Made by a program: the position numbers and the translations under genes. From Vicugna vicugna (taxonomy: Eukaryota), in contig MU058213.1 of assembly GCA_013265495.1 (NCBI GenBank), positions 6,836,066 through 6,900,065 of the forward strand: 64,000 bases of DNA. The letters run 5' to 3'. Every line of letters begins with the position of its first letter. Position 1 is the stretch's first letter. The notes below the pieces were generated by a model that was given only the letters and a program-made list of their open reading frames with translations, did not search any database and was not told where the DNA came from. Shown here in pieces: positions 12,261-25,529 of this stretch.

Positions 12261-13522
12261 GCTATTATTATTGATCTCTCATCACTGCATGTGTGCAGGA
12301 CTTTTCTTCCTGCTAAAACTATTAGCTCTTTGAGGGGGTAGGTGTTGTGACCACTTTTCTGCCCCATAGTAACTTGTACCATGTCAAGCATGTTGTAGCT
12401 ACCCAATGAACACTGGCTTGGTTCAATACGTTTTTTAAAATATGTAAGCAGATCCACAAAATCAGCACAACCTACTCTTTGCAATTTTAGGAGCCAACAT
12501 ATTTGTACGCTATGTTTCCAAACTCCTTAGAATTTTGTTATGTACACTATCACATTTGATTCTCACAAGACTTGTGGTAAAGAGGGGAGTTAATGGTGAC
12601 AGCTCCATTTTACTGGAAAAGAGGAAGCTTGGGTTAAATAATGTGCCCAAGGGCATCCAGGTAGTAATCAGATAACAATTTCCACAGTTTACTGCAACAC
12701 CAATACAACACACTCAAATGACTTGCAGTTGGAAAAACTCTACCAAAAGAGATGAAAAGTGCCAAATTTTAGAAGGAGAGCCACTACCCATGAGGAATAC
12801 TATCAAGAGAAAAAACATTGGTGGTAGGGGAAAAGATGTTTTACTTGCCTATGGAACACCCTGATTTCCAACAGGCAGGAAACTTTGCCCATTTGGTAAG
12901 AACAAGGCGCAAAGGGCAGGGAGATTATCTGAGAAGTTACAAAATTCTTCCCCTGATGACTCATGAATGAGAATAGCATCCATTTTCCCTCCCATTTAAA
13001 GAATCAGTACAACTCTGGAAAAACCAAGACTCTACAAAAAGAGTAAGAGCAATCCAAGCAGTCTGCTTGCAAAATATTTTCACTTTTGCAGTCACAGTTG
13101 CCAGGGAAGGAAAGAGGACATGAGACCGTATCTTGGTTTCAACATCTTCCACTTTTGAAGTGCATTCCTTTTGGGCTCAGTTAGACTCCCTTCATCATCA
13201 AATAGTTTTCCAAAGGCAATAATGAATAAGTTTCATCTGCCAAACTGGCCCAAATGCATTTCACATTCTAATACTCTTAAATTTTCTGGTAATAAAGTCT
13301 CTTTGAGTGGTATAATACATTGAGATTTATTTGAGAATACTCATTGATAGAATGATGCTTGCTTACTTTTTACTTTGTCCAATAGTTTTCAGACATCCTT
13401 GTAAAATGGATAGTTGAAGCTCAGCTTTGATACTGAGCATGTCACAGCCACCAGAGAGATCCTTTTAAAACGTCAGTCAGGTCATGTCACTCTTTAACTC
13501 TAAACTCTAAAACCTTCTAAAA

Positions 13523-14920
13523 GATTTTTGTTGAAATTGAGAATCTGGTTATAAATTTATATGGGAATGCTAAAGATCTAGATGGGACAAAACAATTTTT
13601 AAAAAGAATAACTGAATTGGAAGACCTACCACTAGGCAACATTAATTAAGACTCTGTGGTATTGGCATAAAAATAGATATAAACCAGAAATAGATCTGCA
13701 CATATATGGTCAATTGATTTTCAACACTGGTGCCCAGGGAATTCAATGGGTAAAGGATAGTCTTTTCATAAATGAAGCTAGAATAAGTGAACATTTATAA
13801 GGATAAAAACCCCAACCTTTATCTTATACCATTCACAAAGTTTGACTCAAGTTGGATCATAGACCTAAATGTAAAGCCTAGAAGTATAAAACTTTTATAA
13901 TAAATAATAGGAAAAAAATCTTTGTGACCTTGGGTTAGACAAGGATTTCTTAAAGGGGACATCATAAAAGAAAAAACTGAAACACTCGAATTAAGACAAA
14001 TGAGAAGATACAAGGCATATATCTGATAAAGGACGTGTATCAAACATCCATAAAGAACTTTTACAACTCAGTGATAAGAAGATCAAAAAAACAGGCAAAG
14101 ATTTGAACAGAGACTTTACCAAAGAAGAGATATGCATGGCAAATAAGCATTTGAAAAGATATGTGCTCAAAAATACTACTCACTAGGAAAACACAAATGA
14201 AAAGCCACCTATTAGAATGACTAAAATTTAAAACCCAACAACACTAAGTGTTGATGAGGATGCAGGATAACTGGAACTCTCATACACTGTTGATGGGAAA
14301 ACAAGTGGACATTCACTTTAGAAAATAGTTTGATAATTTCCTTATAAAGGTAAACATGCCCTTACCACATGACTCAGCAATTCCATTCGCAGGGATTTAC
14401 CCAAGAGAAATAAAACCTCTGCCTAAAGTCCTATACATGAGTGTTTATGGCAGTTTTATTTATAATGGCCCCAAACTGGAAACGATCCAAATGTTCTTCA
14501 ATTGGTAAATAGAAAACAAACAGGTATGCCCATACAACAGAGTGCTTCTTAGCAATAAAAAGAATGAACTACTGACACGTGCAACAAATTGAATGGGTCT
14601 CAGAAGCGATATTCTAAGTAAAAGAAACCAGATACAAAGGTGACCTGCTGTATGAATTTATATTCATACAAATTCCCAATTATATAAATTTCTGGAAAAA
14701 GCAAACATACAGGAACTGAAATCAGACCAGTGGTTGCCAGAGGCAAGGAAACAGGGAAAGAAACTGACTCCAAAGGGATGTGAGGGATTTTTTGGAGGTG
14801 ATTAAATTGTTTTTTATCTTGATTGTGGTGGTGCTTGTTCAACTGCATCCATTGTTAAGCCATTAAATTGTACACTTAAAACTGGGGAATTTTACTCTAC
14901 GTAAATGACACTCACTGAAG
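13523..14920 (+). mobile_element. Old L1M (L1MC/L1MD-type) ORF2 3' region and 3' UTR, inserted into an L2
   Basis: Decayed L1 text ('catatatggtcaattgattttcaac', 'ctcagcaattccattcgcagggatttacccaagagaaat', 'aattgtacacttaaaactgggg'). L2-like sequence flanks both sides (13420-13520 and 14940-15200). Confidence 0.9.
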
Positions 14921-15851
14921 ATGACCCCTCCCCCAAAAAAGTCCCTCCCATGGCTTCCTATTTTCCTCAGAGTAAATGACTGTAAGCCATCAGGCCCTCC
15001 ATGGTATGACCCTCCCCTCCTCTTCGGACCTTGTCTCTTCTCACTTCCCTCCTGCTGACTATGCTCTAGTTATAACAGCCTCCTGGCCATGAGGCCTTCT
15101 ATGAGCACGCCAGGCACATGCCTTCTCTAAGGCATTACACCAGCTCCCTCCACCTCCTTTATGTCTGTGGTTAAACTTCTGAAATCTCTCAATGAATGTT
15201 GTTTGAATGGGCCTCAGTTTTCTCATTTGTAAACTGGCCAAGCTGAATCAAAAAATCTGAGAGCTTTCTGGTCTAACATTCTGCAGTTCTGAGATTCGGG
15301 TTTTAGGATGCAAAAATCCCCATAGATGATAACAGAATTATATAGGAAGGCATTAAATGATAAATGACAGGTAAGTAGAACAGCGTTCTGGAATGTTCTG
15401 AGGGTGAACCATCACTTCCAGCTGTTAGAGGTGAGAGGTTTAAAAGAAGAAATGGCCCCTAAAGATTGGATAGGATTTCTTTACATGAAAACAATTACCT
15501 GGACAATTGGAAATATTGTTCTAGCTTCTACTTACTTGTACAATTTAAACATATTCCTCTGCTTTGAAAACATTCTAGAAAACTGCCACACCACCAATAG
15601 GTCAGAATCTCTCCTGCATGTCCATGGTGCCATTTTCTTACTTGCTGGCCTGCTGGGGTTTATTGGCAATTAATTGGCTAAGATACACATTCCATCAATG
15701 CCATGCCAGATACCAGGAAAACTGACATCTCTCCCTTGTTGTAATATGTCTGTTCAGATACCTTTTGTACTATATTCTGATTTCCTGGAGGGCAAGGTTT
15801 GAGTCTCCATCAGCTTGGAATTCACAAAGATGGAGAGTGACAGGCTCAAAG

Positions 15852-16427
15852 TGAGACAGGAGGGAAGGGGGCAGGGCACAACCATTTAAAAAATGAAACA
15901 GCAATTGAGGATAGGACATCAATTGGTTAGATCCAACTCAGCCCAAAATGATGGAAAATTCAACTTCCAGCAGACCTTCAGCCTCATCACTGTAATACAT
16001 CAGAATGCTAACTGACATGCCCACAGGCACCATGACAGTTCCTAGGCTGACTGTCAAAGGCCAAAAAGTGCGTGTGGGCCCAATTCCTGGAAATCCCCAC
16101 CCTCTCCCCAAAACAGTTGGAAAAACCCTCCCACTTGTTAGCATATGAAATTACGGAGCCCATAAAAAAACTAACCGCTCCCACACTTCACTGCCTCTCT
16201 TGCCTTCTAAGGAGGCCCGCACTCTGTCTCTGGAGGGTGTCTCCTTGAATAAATCTACTTTCCCTTTCCTATGGAATGTACACCTCCTAGGGCTGCTCTC
16301 CCTTTGAGACTGACCGCACTCCATTTATGGAGTGTGTATCTCTCTCTAAGTAAACTTCTTTTCCCTTTCCTATGCCTCACTCTTGAATTCTTTCCTGTGT
16401 AAGACAAGAACCTATTCTCTGGCAACA
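15852..16427 (+). mobile_element. ERV1-class solo LTR, intact
   Basis: Has TG...CA ends (tgagacagg...ggcaaca), a 4-bp TSD aaag at 15848-15851 and 16428-16431, a TATA-like cataaaa at about 16161, and AATAAA at about 16248. Confidence 0.88.
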
Positions 16428-16807
16428 AAAGAATGCAGGTTCTTCAGAATTTTGAGCATTCTGCTTGTATTAATGTGCACATCAGGGAAGAACAATTAGC
16501 AAGGTCATTAATCATGAGTCTATTTAATTGTAAAAACAAATTGGCTGTTAAGGTAAGGCAAGCCTTATTTCTTTAATCAGAGGTTACAACCTGAACATGT
16601 TGGGGAAATTTGAGATGCTGATATGAAAGACAAAATGGATGAAGTTCAAACACAAAGCTGAAATCCCAAGGTCTTCTCAGTTACTGTTGTTTACCCATGG
16701 TCTTTAATCAAGACTCTTTTATCTAGACAAGCTTTACAAGAGAAATATAGTCAGACTATTAGGCTGTGGTTTGGACTACTCTCTTTCTAAACAGACTTTT
16801 ACTCTTC

Positions 16808-16824
16808 TTATGGACTGAACGTGT

Positions 16825-16857
<33 letters not shown>

Positions 16858-17250
16858 CTCTACCCCGCCCACTACCATTTGTATGGTGAAGCCCTAACCT
16901 CCTGTACATCTGTATTTGGAGGTGAAACCTCTAAGGAAGTGATTAAGGTTAAATGGCCCATAAGAGTGGGGACCTGATCCAAGAAGATTAGTGTCCTTAT
17001 AAGAAGAGACATCAGAGAGCTTGTTCTGTCTCTCTCTCACTCCACACACATGCCCTGAAGAAAGGCCAAGTGAACACACAGCAAGAAGATGGCTATCTAC
17101 AGGCCGGGAAGGGAGGTCTCACCAGAAACCAAATTGGCTGACCCTTTGATCGTGGACCCCTAGCTTCCAGAACTGTGAAAAAATAAATGGTTGTTGTTTA
17201 AGCCAACCTGCCTGTGGTATTTGTCATAGCAGCTCAAGTAGACTAAAGCA
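16808..17250 (+). mobile_element. MaLR solo LTR (MLT1A/B group) with an inserted (CA)n
   Basis: Contains 'tatggactgaacgtg', 'gattagtgtccttataagaagagac', 'cttccagaactgtgaaaaaataaat' and the end 'gactaaagca'. The (CA)n lies at about 16827-16855. Confidence 0.9.
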
Positions 17251-18196
17251 ATTCTCTTTGCTCTACAGTGTACTTGGTGACAAGTTAGCCTAATCTCATT
17301 CTCTGCTCTATGGATTCAGAACTTCCTCTGTCCCAAGATATGAATTAGCACAAGGCTTTCCAGAAATCGCTCATTCCCAGACTGACCTGCTCTCTCCTAA
17401 AACTTTCCCTGCTACATTTCAACTAGTACATGAAATTGAGAATTTCTCTTTTTGCTCTATATTATCTAGTGGCCAATGATTTTCATTTTCCATAGCCAAC
17501 ATTAAATTTGAAAATCCTATTTTCTAGTAATTTTTATATGATGGAAAATTTAGAACAACCCAGTGGAGAGTGTAGGTATCACCTCTGTATACGTGTTTCT
17601 AAGGAGAGGTGGAAGCAGCAGACTGCATTAAAAAAATCCACATTTCCAAACATGCCTTAATATCCTCAGTCTTTGGAGATGTTTATGTGTATTGCTATGG
17701 TAGACTTTCTGGCGTTGTGCAGAATGAATCCAAATTCCTCAGTTCGTTGTACTGAGGACCCCATGGCTAACTCATATCCCTGCACTCATTCAAACTAGCT
17801 CAGAAAGTTACCAAAGCTAGTATCACCCATCTCTTCAACCCCAGGATGCCCAAGGCATTTTTGCTCTAGATGTTGCCTTGTACCACAATGCAAGTGCCAT
17901 TCTGAGCCCCCGCACTCTGAGCTAGGAGCCAGGAGTGCTCTTTAATCTGTTCTGAAGGCTGATTTCTCAGTTATGACAACAATGTGCTTTCCCACTGTGT
18001 TCCTTTCTTACTTTGGAAGCCAAGGCAACATAGCATGGTGGAAAGACAGGAGTTTTAGAGTTAGAGTTAGATGTTCAACTTTATGGCTTACCCTTCTCTC
18101 CAGGGTCAGCTTTCTTGCAAAATGGAGAAACTAACGCCTAGGCTTGCTGTGCTGTTAACTACAACACTAAGACATGTCTCTGAACATTTAAGTTAG

Positions 18197-18806
18197 TGTA
18201 TCACCCAGAATTTGTCAGAAAAGCAGAACCACTGTAAGAGATAGAGGATAAAGTATTAATTATGCAATTAAAAGTGCAAGTAGAGAAGTCTATGCAAGGT
18301 GTGGCCTCTATGGCTGGTGGTGGATATGGATTTGGCACATGCAACTGGTTTGGCCACTGGGAAAGAAGACTTGACAATGAAGAGGAGAACAGGACAAGCA
18401 AGAACCCAGGAAGATGTGCTGAAACCTGCCTCCAACCTCAATGACCTGGATGACTTGCAAGAAAAACCTATCATGTCTTGCCACAGAGCTGTACACAGAG
18501 CTGGTCTAAGACTTAGAAAGCCTGAGGGAGGAAACCTGGTGGGAGCCACAGGAGCTGTGGGCTCAGGTACAACCCACACCCACAAAGTGAGCTGACAGAT
18601 CAGTGCCAACCTCTCAAGTTACTGCAGTGCCTGATACCCTAAACCAACTTTCAAAGCCTAAAAGTTAATACTATTTCATTTGTGCCTTCAGACTCTCATG
18701 CAGATTTCTTTTGTGGCTAATCCTAACCTGGAACCCTAGAGGGAAAGGAATCCTGGGAAAATCAGCTTCTATTTAGCTAAGTGTACACAGTGCAAAGCCA
18801 CTATCA
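18197..18806 (-). mobile_element. ERVL solo LTR (LTR41/LTR52-like)
   Basis: The reverse complement begins 'tgatagtggctttgcactgtgtacacttagctaaatagaagctgattttcccaggattcctttccctctagggttccaggttagg' and ends '...tgataca'. Confidence 0.65.
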
Positions 18807-19721
18807 TAAGGATTTCCATAATTTTTTAGAGAAGCAGAAATGGATTTATTACAAGCAGCACTTTGGCTAAATCTGTGTATTTGGGGAAGAGAGACAATAA
18901 GGAGCATAGATATCCTTGGCTCTACTGGTTTGTAAATAGTATATTGCTTATTCCAAGTAGCATCTTGGTCATTTTCCTGATGCCCCTGAGATACTGCTAG
19001 AAGATAAAAAACTTGAGCTTACAGGGACCAATTGTTACTCTTTCTGGACAAATGAGCTAAGTAAAGAATCTTTCAGGAAAGTTCCTGAACCAAACTTATT
19101 CCCATCTAGATACAGCATGAATTACACTGTATAAACTCAGTTCCATGCAGTGAAAACTGTGGCCAATATAGCAAATTGTCAACAGTACATTATATCTATT
19201 CAACAAATGTTCATTTAATGATGGGAAAAAGGACAGAGGATTAATGCTTCCTTCTAGTTATTAACACCTAACCATATTCAAACCCCAAATTTGTGCATTA
19301 ATAGAACATTTATTTTTGGGGGTTTTTTTCTTGAAGGAAAAATGTTCACTGTAAAATATGCAACATGTAAGTTGTTCCATCACATGATAGGCAGTTAAGG
19401 AAGATATTGTTGGAAATCAGCCTGCATCATGTAGAAAAACGGGCATAAAGACAAAATAATTAAAATGTACAAAATAATTAAAATCTACTAGTACACAATC
19501 TCCACTGACCTGTCAATATGCTTTATAATGTCACCTTCAAAACCTGTAAACACATTAAAATTTATTTAATTTTTTGAAGGTGTAATACTTTAAAAAATTA
19601 GGTTAAAATAAAAGTATGCAGTAAAATTTCTTCCCATGTCATCCCCTATCAGCTCACGTTCTTCTTGCTGCCCCCTAAACAGATGACCGTTGTTGTTTGT
19701 GCTTCCGTATCCTTCCATTCC

Positions 19722-19988
19722 TTTTTAAAACTGAAGTATAGTTGATTCACAGTGTTGTGTTAATATCTGGTGTACAGCATAGTGATTCAGTTGTACATAT
19801 GTTTTTTTCATATTCTTTTTCATTATAGGCTATTACAAGATATTGAATATAGTTCCCTGTGCTGTACAGTAGGACCTTGTTGTTTCTCTATTTTATATGT
19901 TGTAGTCAGTATCTGCAAATTCCTAACTCCCAATTTATCCCTCTTTATTCTCCTTCCTGCTGGTAACCATATGGTTGTTTTCTGTTTC
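19722..19988 (-). mobile_element. Cetartiodactyl-type L1 3' end, nested in an older L1M
   Basis: Contains 'tgaagtatagttgattcacagtgttgtgtt...ttacaagatattgaatatagttccctgtgctgtacagtagg'. Confidence 0.9.
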
Positions 19989-20199
19989 CATACACTCTTA
20001 CACATACACAAGCAAATACAAACATAACTGCCTGACCCCCAACCTTTGTTACACAAATGGTAGAACAGCCTACATACTGGTTTTGTTCGTTTGTTTGTTT
20101 TTGCTTACTACATCTTAGACTTCTTTCCATATCAGCACGTAAAGTTTCCTCAGCCTTTCATTTAGCCGCTTAGTATTCCACTGTATGTCTATATTGTAA

Positions 20200-20335
20200 T
20201 TTTTTTTCACTTTGTTTTTCGGGGAGGGGAGGTAATTAGGTTTATTATTTTTTTTAAATGGACATACTGGCGATTGAACCCAGGACCTCACGCATGCTAG
20301 GCATGCACTCCACCACTGAGCTGTACCCTCCCACC
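20200..20335 (-). mobile_element. tRNA-Ala-derived SINE (Vic-1 type)
   Basis: Reverse tRNA-Ala head ('ttgaacccaggacctcacgcatgctaggcatgcactccaccactgagctgtaccc') with a 'ggaggtaattaggttt' tail. TSD-like attgtaattt / atagtaattt. Confidence 0.92.
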
Positions 20336-21544
20336 TCCACATAGTAATTTACACTTTAAAATTTTCAATTCTCTTGGAGCTTGATTTTGGCTTCTCCCTC
20401 CATCTCTTCTGGAAATAACAGCCATTCAGCAACTGGCAGTTCTTCCAAGAGAAGCCACACAATGATGCCGACTTCAGGATTTGGGCAGTTCCGGTATTTT
20501 CTCCATTGCACAGAGCCAACAGACACACGTGCTCTCATCAGCAAGCTGCCTCCTGCCCCCTCAGCCAAGCTTTAGAGGTCAGTGAATGTGACCAACAAGC
20601 CGTGCTTCACTCCCGGAGTTGGAGCTTTAAGCCTGGGTGCCCTGGCGCCCCACTGTGAACAGCCAGTGCCACAGGAACAGCCTCTCCATTTGCCCAGGGC
20701 GGGGCCCGCCCCCAGCAGCTCCTCTTCCAAGGTAAAGCTCCCTCTGTGGTCATAATGCAGTCCTGAATCCATATGCTTGGTTTAGTTCTTCCTAATTACA
20801 TCCATTGATGTTGAGAAACACTCAGACCAAGAAAGAGACCAGAGGGACTGTGGGCACTTGTAGCTGCCAAACAGGCAGGTTTTATACCACGGCCGCTGGG
20901 AGATGCACGAAGGCCAGATGGTATGTCGCAACATATGTTCCCTAGCAGGACAGCACGAAGACATTCTGCATTTGGAAAGCCTGCGGCAGAAAATGCCACC
21001 CGGGAAGCCGTGAGAAGCACAAAAGGATCAAAGCATGAGTCCTGGAGTCACTCCAGGGGCGTGGGTGGCCCCAGGTGGCTGCCTCCAGGTCACCTCTGCA
21101 GCCTGAGTGTGCCCTTCCCGGGGCAAGGGTCTTTCCTCCAGAGAGGCGCTCTTGCTGTCTGGAGTGCACCCTTTCCTGGAAGCAGACATGCACCGACCCT
21201 CTGTGTTGGACAAGTCATTTCTGAGGGATCCACGCGGTCAGAAAGGATTGACACTTTCCTTGCAGCTTCTACATAAGTCCATAAAAGTCACATTTGGGTC
21301 ATTAAGAATTCATCTCATGCCTTTTGAAAGGGTCATGTGTAACAGCAGTTTGTTTTCTCAACCGAAGTGAGTATGTGTGTATATGTGTGTATGGCACAGC
21401 TTCATATGCCCCTGGGATCACAGTGTTAGGGTCACTTCCATTCTTACATTCTACCAGTTTTGGAAACCTCCTGGATTCATTTTGAAAATTTGGCAATAAA
21501 ATCCTCTTGCTTGGAGGTCTAGGATGCACTTACCTTACTCATAC

Positions 21545-21760
21545 TAAGAACAGCAAGAGCTAACAGTTACTCATTACTGACTAAGCCCTTTACCTGCATT
21601 ATCTCATTTAATCTCCATCAACAACTCTGTAATGTAAGTCCTATTACTATCTAAGTTTTACACACGAGGAAACTGAGTTAGACTAGCTAAGCGACTTGTC
21701 CAAGGTCACACAGCACATCCAAAGGAGAACTGGGTCGTCTGTCTCCAGGGTCACCATGGT
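21545..21760 (-). mobile_element. MIR fragment
   Basis: Contains 'attatctcatttaatc...gaggaaactgag...gacttgtccaaggtcacacagc'. Confidence 0.85.
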
Positions 21761-23294
21761 CATCACAAAAATATCACTCTGGAGTCTAGCTTTTGTCATA
21801 GATTGTTTAACTAGTTGTGGGGCTCCCTTTACTTGCTGAGAGTCAGGGGAGAGAAAAATCTCCCTTTGGGTTTAGCCAACTAGCAATGACAGACGACCCG
21901 CCTTTAAATTACATTCTACCTATTCATATCAGCCATCTTCTCTTTCTTCTGCCTTTTTGGTCCAAAACCTCAAATGGAAAACAGGAGTTAAGCATTTTAG
22001 AATAACTCCCATTTCAAAAGTATATTTGTACCATAGTTAGAGGTCTTCAGACTCTCTGTGAAGCCCTCCCGGCTCCACTGGGAAGTCTTGGCTTCCTGCT
22101 CTGAACTTGGCTGTCTACCTAAGCAAGCACGTTCCCGGGCATTACAGTGGCTTGTCTGTGACTCCTTTTTCCCATGAGCTATTGGAGAGCAGGAACTGTG
22201 TGACATCCATCTTTGTATCGCCTACATCTGTCACGTAGCTGTGGCTCAGTAAAGAACTGAACGGTATTGATCCTAACAGCTTCAGGGCAGTGATGAGATC
22301 AATCTCCTAGCCTCTCCCATTGTCACTGCACATGCAAATGAAGTTCCTAAGAGGCTGGGTGAGCCCCTCCAAGTTCTATCAAATCCCTCTTTCTAGGATT
22401 TGTTCGTTCTGTTTGGAAGGCAGGATTCCTTTGTGGGGCTTGAAACAGCCGATCCAAACCATGTCTCCCTAATGGGCTCTCAGAATAAGGGAATTTGGAG
22501 TCCCAAAGAACTCCATCAGTGGTAAAATACAAAATTTGACACCACTGTGGTCTTCACTTTCCATATCTTTCTCTATTGTAGCTATAAAGTGAAGGTCAAA
22601 AAAGAGTGGGACTTCCATTTTTAAATGTAATGATCTGATAGTAAGAGCTAGGCTTTGCTGATAAAACACCCTATATTCTTGATCTTTTTCATCAAAATAA
22701 AGATCAGTTGTATCCCAGAGGTCGGTGGCTTTTGTACAAATTTCAGTTCAAATTAGGGCCTGGTGAAAAATTTACAGGCACCTTTGGAGCAATTCTGAAG
22801 TGAGAATTTCAGGTATATCCGACTGTTTTCCAGAGTGAGTAACTTTTCTCTGGTGTCATTTACAAAGCATCATTCTCAACGATCTTCTCAGAAATTAAAA
22901 TGATTTAAACAGTCTACGTATGTCACGTCATCAGGAAAGTCTTGCAGGAGCTTGTCTATTCAGAGAATTTCTAATAGAGAAAAATCTCAGGGTTGATGAA
23001 ATCATCTTATATGATCATCCTCTTCCCATTACTCAAGAGCTGATGCTCAGCCTGAAAAACTCTCACATTCACACTTCAGGATCCAACTTACATGCCACCT
23101 CCCCTGAGAAGCCTTCCCTGACTCCACCAGACAGACTTGGATGCCCTCTCCCTTGTGTTTCCAGAGAAGTCTCCATGTTCACCTCCAACATCACTTACCA
23201 CACTGCACTGTGATGTTTGTCTCTCCAAGGGGACTTATGAACTCTCTTATTGTTTTTCATTTTTTCAATTAAAAAGTAGCACATGCTCATGACA

Positions 23295-23334
23295 GAAGGA
23301 GGAAGAGGTGGAGGTGGAAGAAGAGGAAGAGGAA

Positions 23335-23367
<33 letters not shown>

Positions 23368-23382
23368 GAGGAAGAACAGGAG
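23295..23382 (+). repeat. Compound trinucleotide repeat (GAR)n-(CAG)n
   Basis: Reads gaaggaggaagaggtggag...gagcagcagcagcagcagcaacagcagcagcaggaggaagaacaggag. Confidence 0.9.
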
Positions 23383-24289
23383 TAAAAGACTAAGTAGTTT
23401 TTGCTCCCAGGGCAGAGCCCCAGTACTTCCCAGAAGCTAACTCTCACAACAGTTTTTTGTGCATCTTCCCAATTTTGTCTATGTAACTAATACGCAAATG
23501 TTCCTTTTTCTTTTTTAGAAAACACGAATAGAGCACTTCTCAGTCCCCATCATATTCTGGCACCAGGCACTGTGCTAGGAGTACAGTTATCATCAAGGTT
23601 CCAGGTACGCAGATAGTCCTTTGGGTGTTTGACTCTCTCCCTTCCTCCATCTGCTACGCACCACTCCTGCCCCCTCACCTTAGACATTAGGGAGGTAAAA
23701 CTCAGAGCCGCCAATTTTACTACCTAGAAGCAGAAGCTCAGTAAAGAGACTAGAGAAGATTAATATTCATAGCTGAAGTGCACATGGGTTTCAATTTCCT
23801 CCACTGCTCCATCCACTAATGCTCCCAGATAATAGAGGACTAATTGTATCTTTGAAAATCAGACTCATAATATAGATTATTTACTGTACACTCTCTAACA
23901 TAAAGATCACAAAGTAAAGAGTGCCCCTGGCTTAGCAGCACATGTTAGTAAGGACACTGTTAATAGGACTTTTATTATTTATAGTTTATGGACTGTGGTG
24001 CTATGCTGGTTGATTCCGTCATTTCAATCTTTTGCTTTGTTTTGCCTTCTTTTTTTTCTACCTTAGTATCCCCAGCAGAATCATAACTTTTCACAGAGGC
24101 ATCTAATTTCTTAACCTCGAAGCAGAAGAGAAACATTTTTCAAATTTTCCGCTGATAGTCAAAGGGGCGGAGGGGGGAGGGTTCCTGAATGTATATACTT
24201 AGATGAATTAAACTCAGACCTTCTCGGGTTGGACGTGTGAGCTGCCCAGACAAAGATGAAGGTTAACATAGTTTAAAGATGAAATATAG

Positions 24290-25290
24290 ACCATCCTGCA
24301 CAAAACCACTGTGTTGCAGTTTAATTAAAAGAATTCATTAAAGTGGCGCCCCATCCAGGGTAATTAGTATGCGTAATTTATGCGTTGCCTAATACACAAG
24401 GGCAGTAGCCTGAATAATAAACTCAAGTTAACCTTAAGTGGAAGAGATTGAATGGTCAGATGTTTATTTAGCTCAGGTTTGCTCACAAGTTAAGGTTAAA
24501 GAGGTGAAATTCAGTTGCAGTTAATTAATTAATTTCTCAGATTTTTCGTCATGAAAATCCAACTGGGTAAAAGTTTGGTAAGACAGACAGCACTATTTTT
24601 ACTCATCAGCTATTTTCTGACATGGCCTCTAGGAAGTTAACCATTTGAAAGAACAAATTTAAGGCAACTGCAAAAGAAAGAGAAAATGAGACCACACACA
24701 CACACACACAAAGGGTGAGCCAGTCTGGGGTTTGTGCCAACAAAAGATAAAACCAGGTCACATTTAAAGAGGGTGTCACTAACATTATCAAAACGTTGGG
24801 CCTGATCAGGACAAGGGTGTACAGTTTTTTCCAATAATGGGCCACATGTTTAGGAATTCATAAACGTATTTGAGCTTTGTGAATTTCTATTGACAGGCAT
24901 GGTGAGAGTCCAGGCCTGATGTGTACATAACGTCACAAATACAAGCCAGTGCTTTGCAATTTCTGTTTATTCCTAGAAATCTTTCATCATGCCCCAATTC
25001 TGTGATGTAATTTTTGTGGAATTAAACTTGAAGAGTTCAGAATCATGCAATTAATTGTATTCAGCTTCAATTACAATGACTTATTAATCAAGTCCTTTGG
25101 CAAGACACCTGGCACCTCACCAGTGGTTGTGATGGGAAGTGACGAGGCCTGAGGAATCTATTGGTTCATGTGAGCAAGCTAATTAGCTGAATTGTTATTG
25201 ATTGATTGCTTTATTGGTGGCTGCGTGTAGGTAGGTATTCTGAGGTTTAGGAGCTGGGATAAGTCAGGAAAGATGTAAATTAATTTGTTT
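24290..25290. promoter_or_regulatory. Putative developmental enhancer / conserved non-coding element
   Basis: Repeat-free block with a high density of TAATTA and POU-like motifs. Inferred from motif content only. Confidence 0.45.
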
Positions 25291-25529
25291 CTTGCACTGG
25301 AAAGACCAAGGACTGTAATAAAATCAACGAAATCTATCAGTCATCTGATATGTATTGAGCCCCAATTACGTGCAAGGCGCTGGGGCCAGTCTCTGGGCTT
25401 TCATATTGAAAACTGAGCATATGACAGAGGTGTCCTCCCCACAACTCCCAGCCCTGACCCCCCAGGATCAGTGGTCTAGTAGGATGCTAAGACAGAAGCA
25501 TAAGTGAATATAACCAGTCAGAACCAGCC

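Noticed and set aside
19452..19488. 18-bp tandem duplication (caaaataattaaaatgta / caaaataattaaaatcta)
   Set aside because: Routine slippage duplication in AT-rich DNA.
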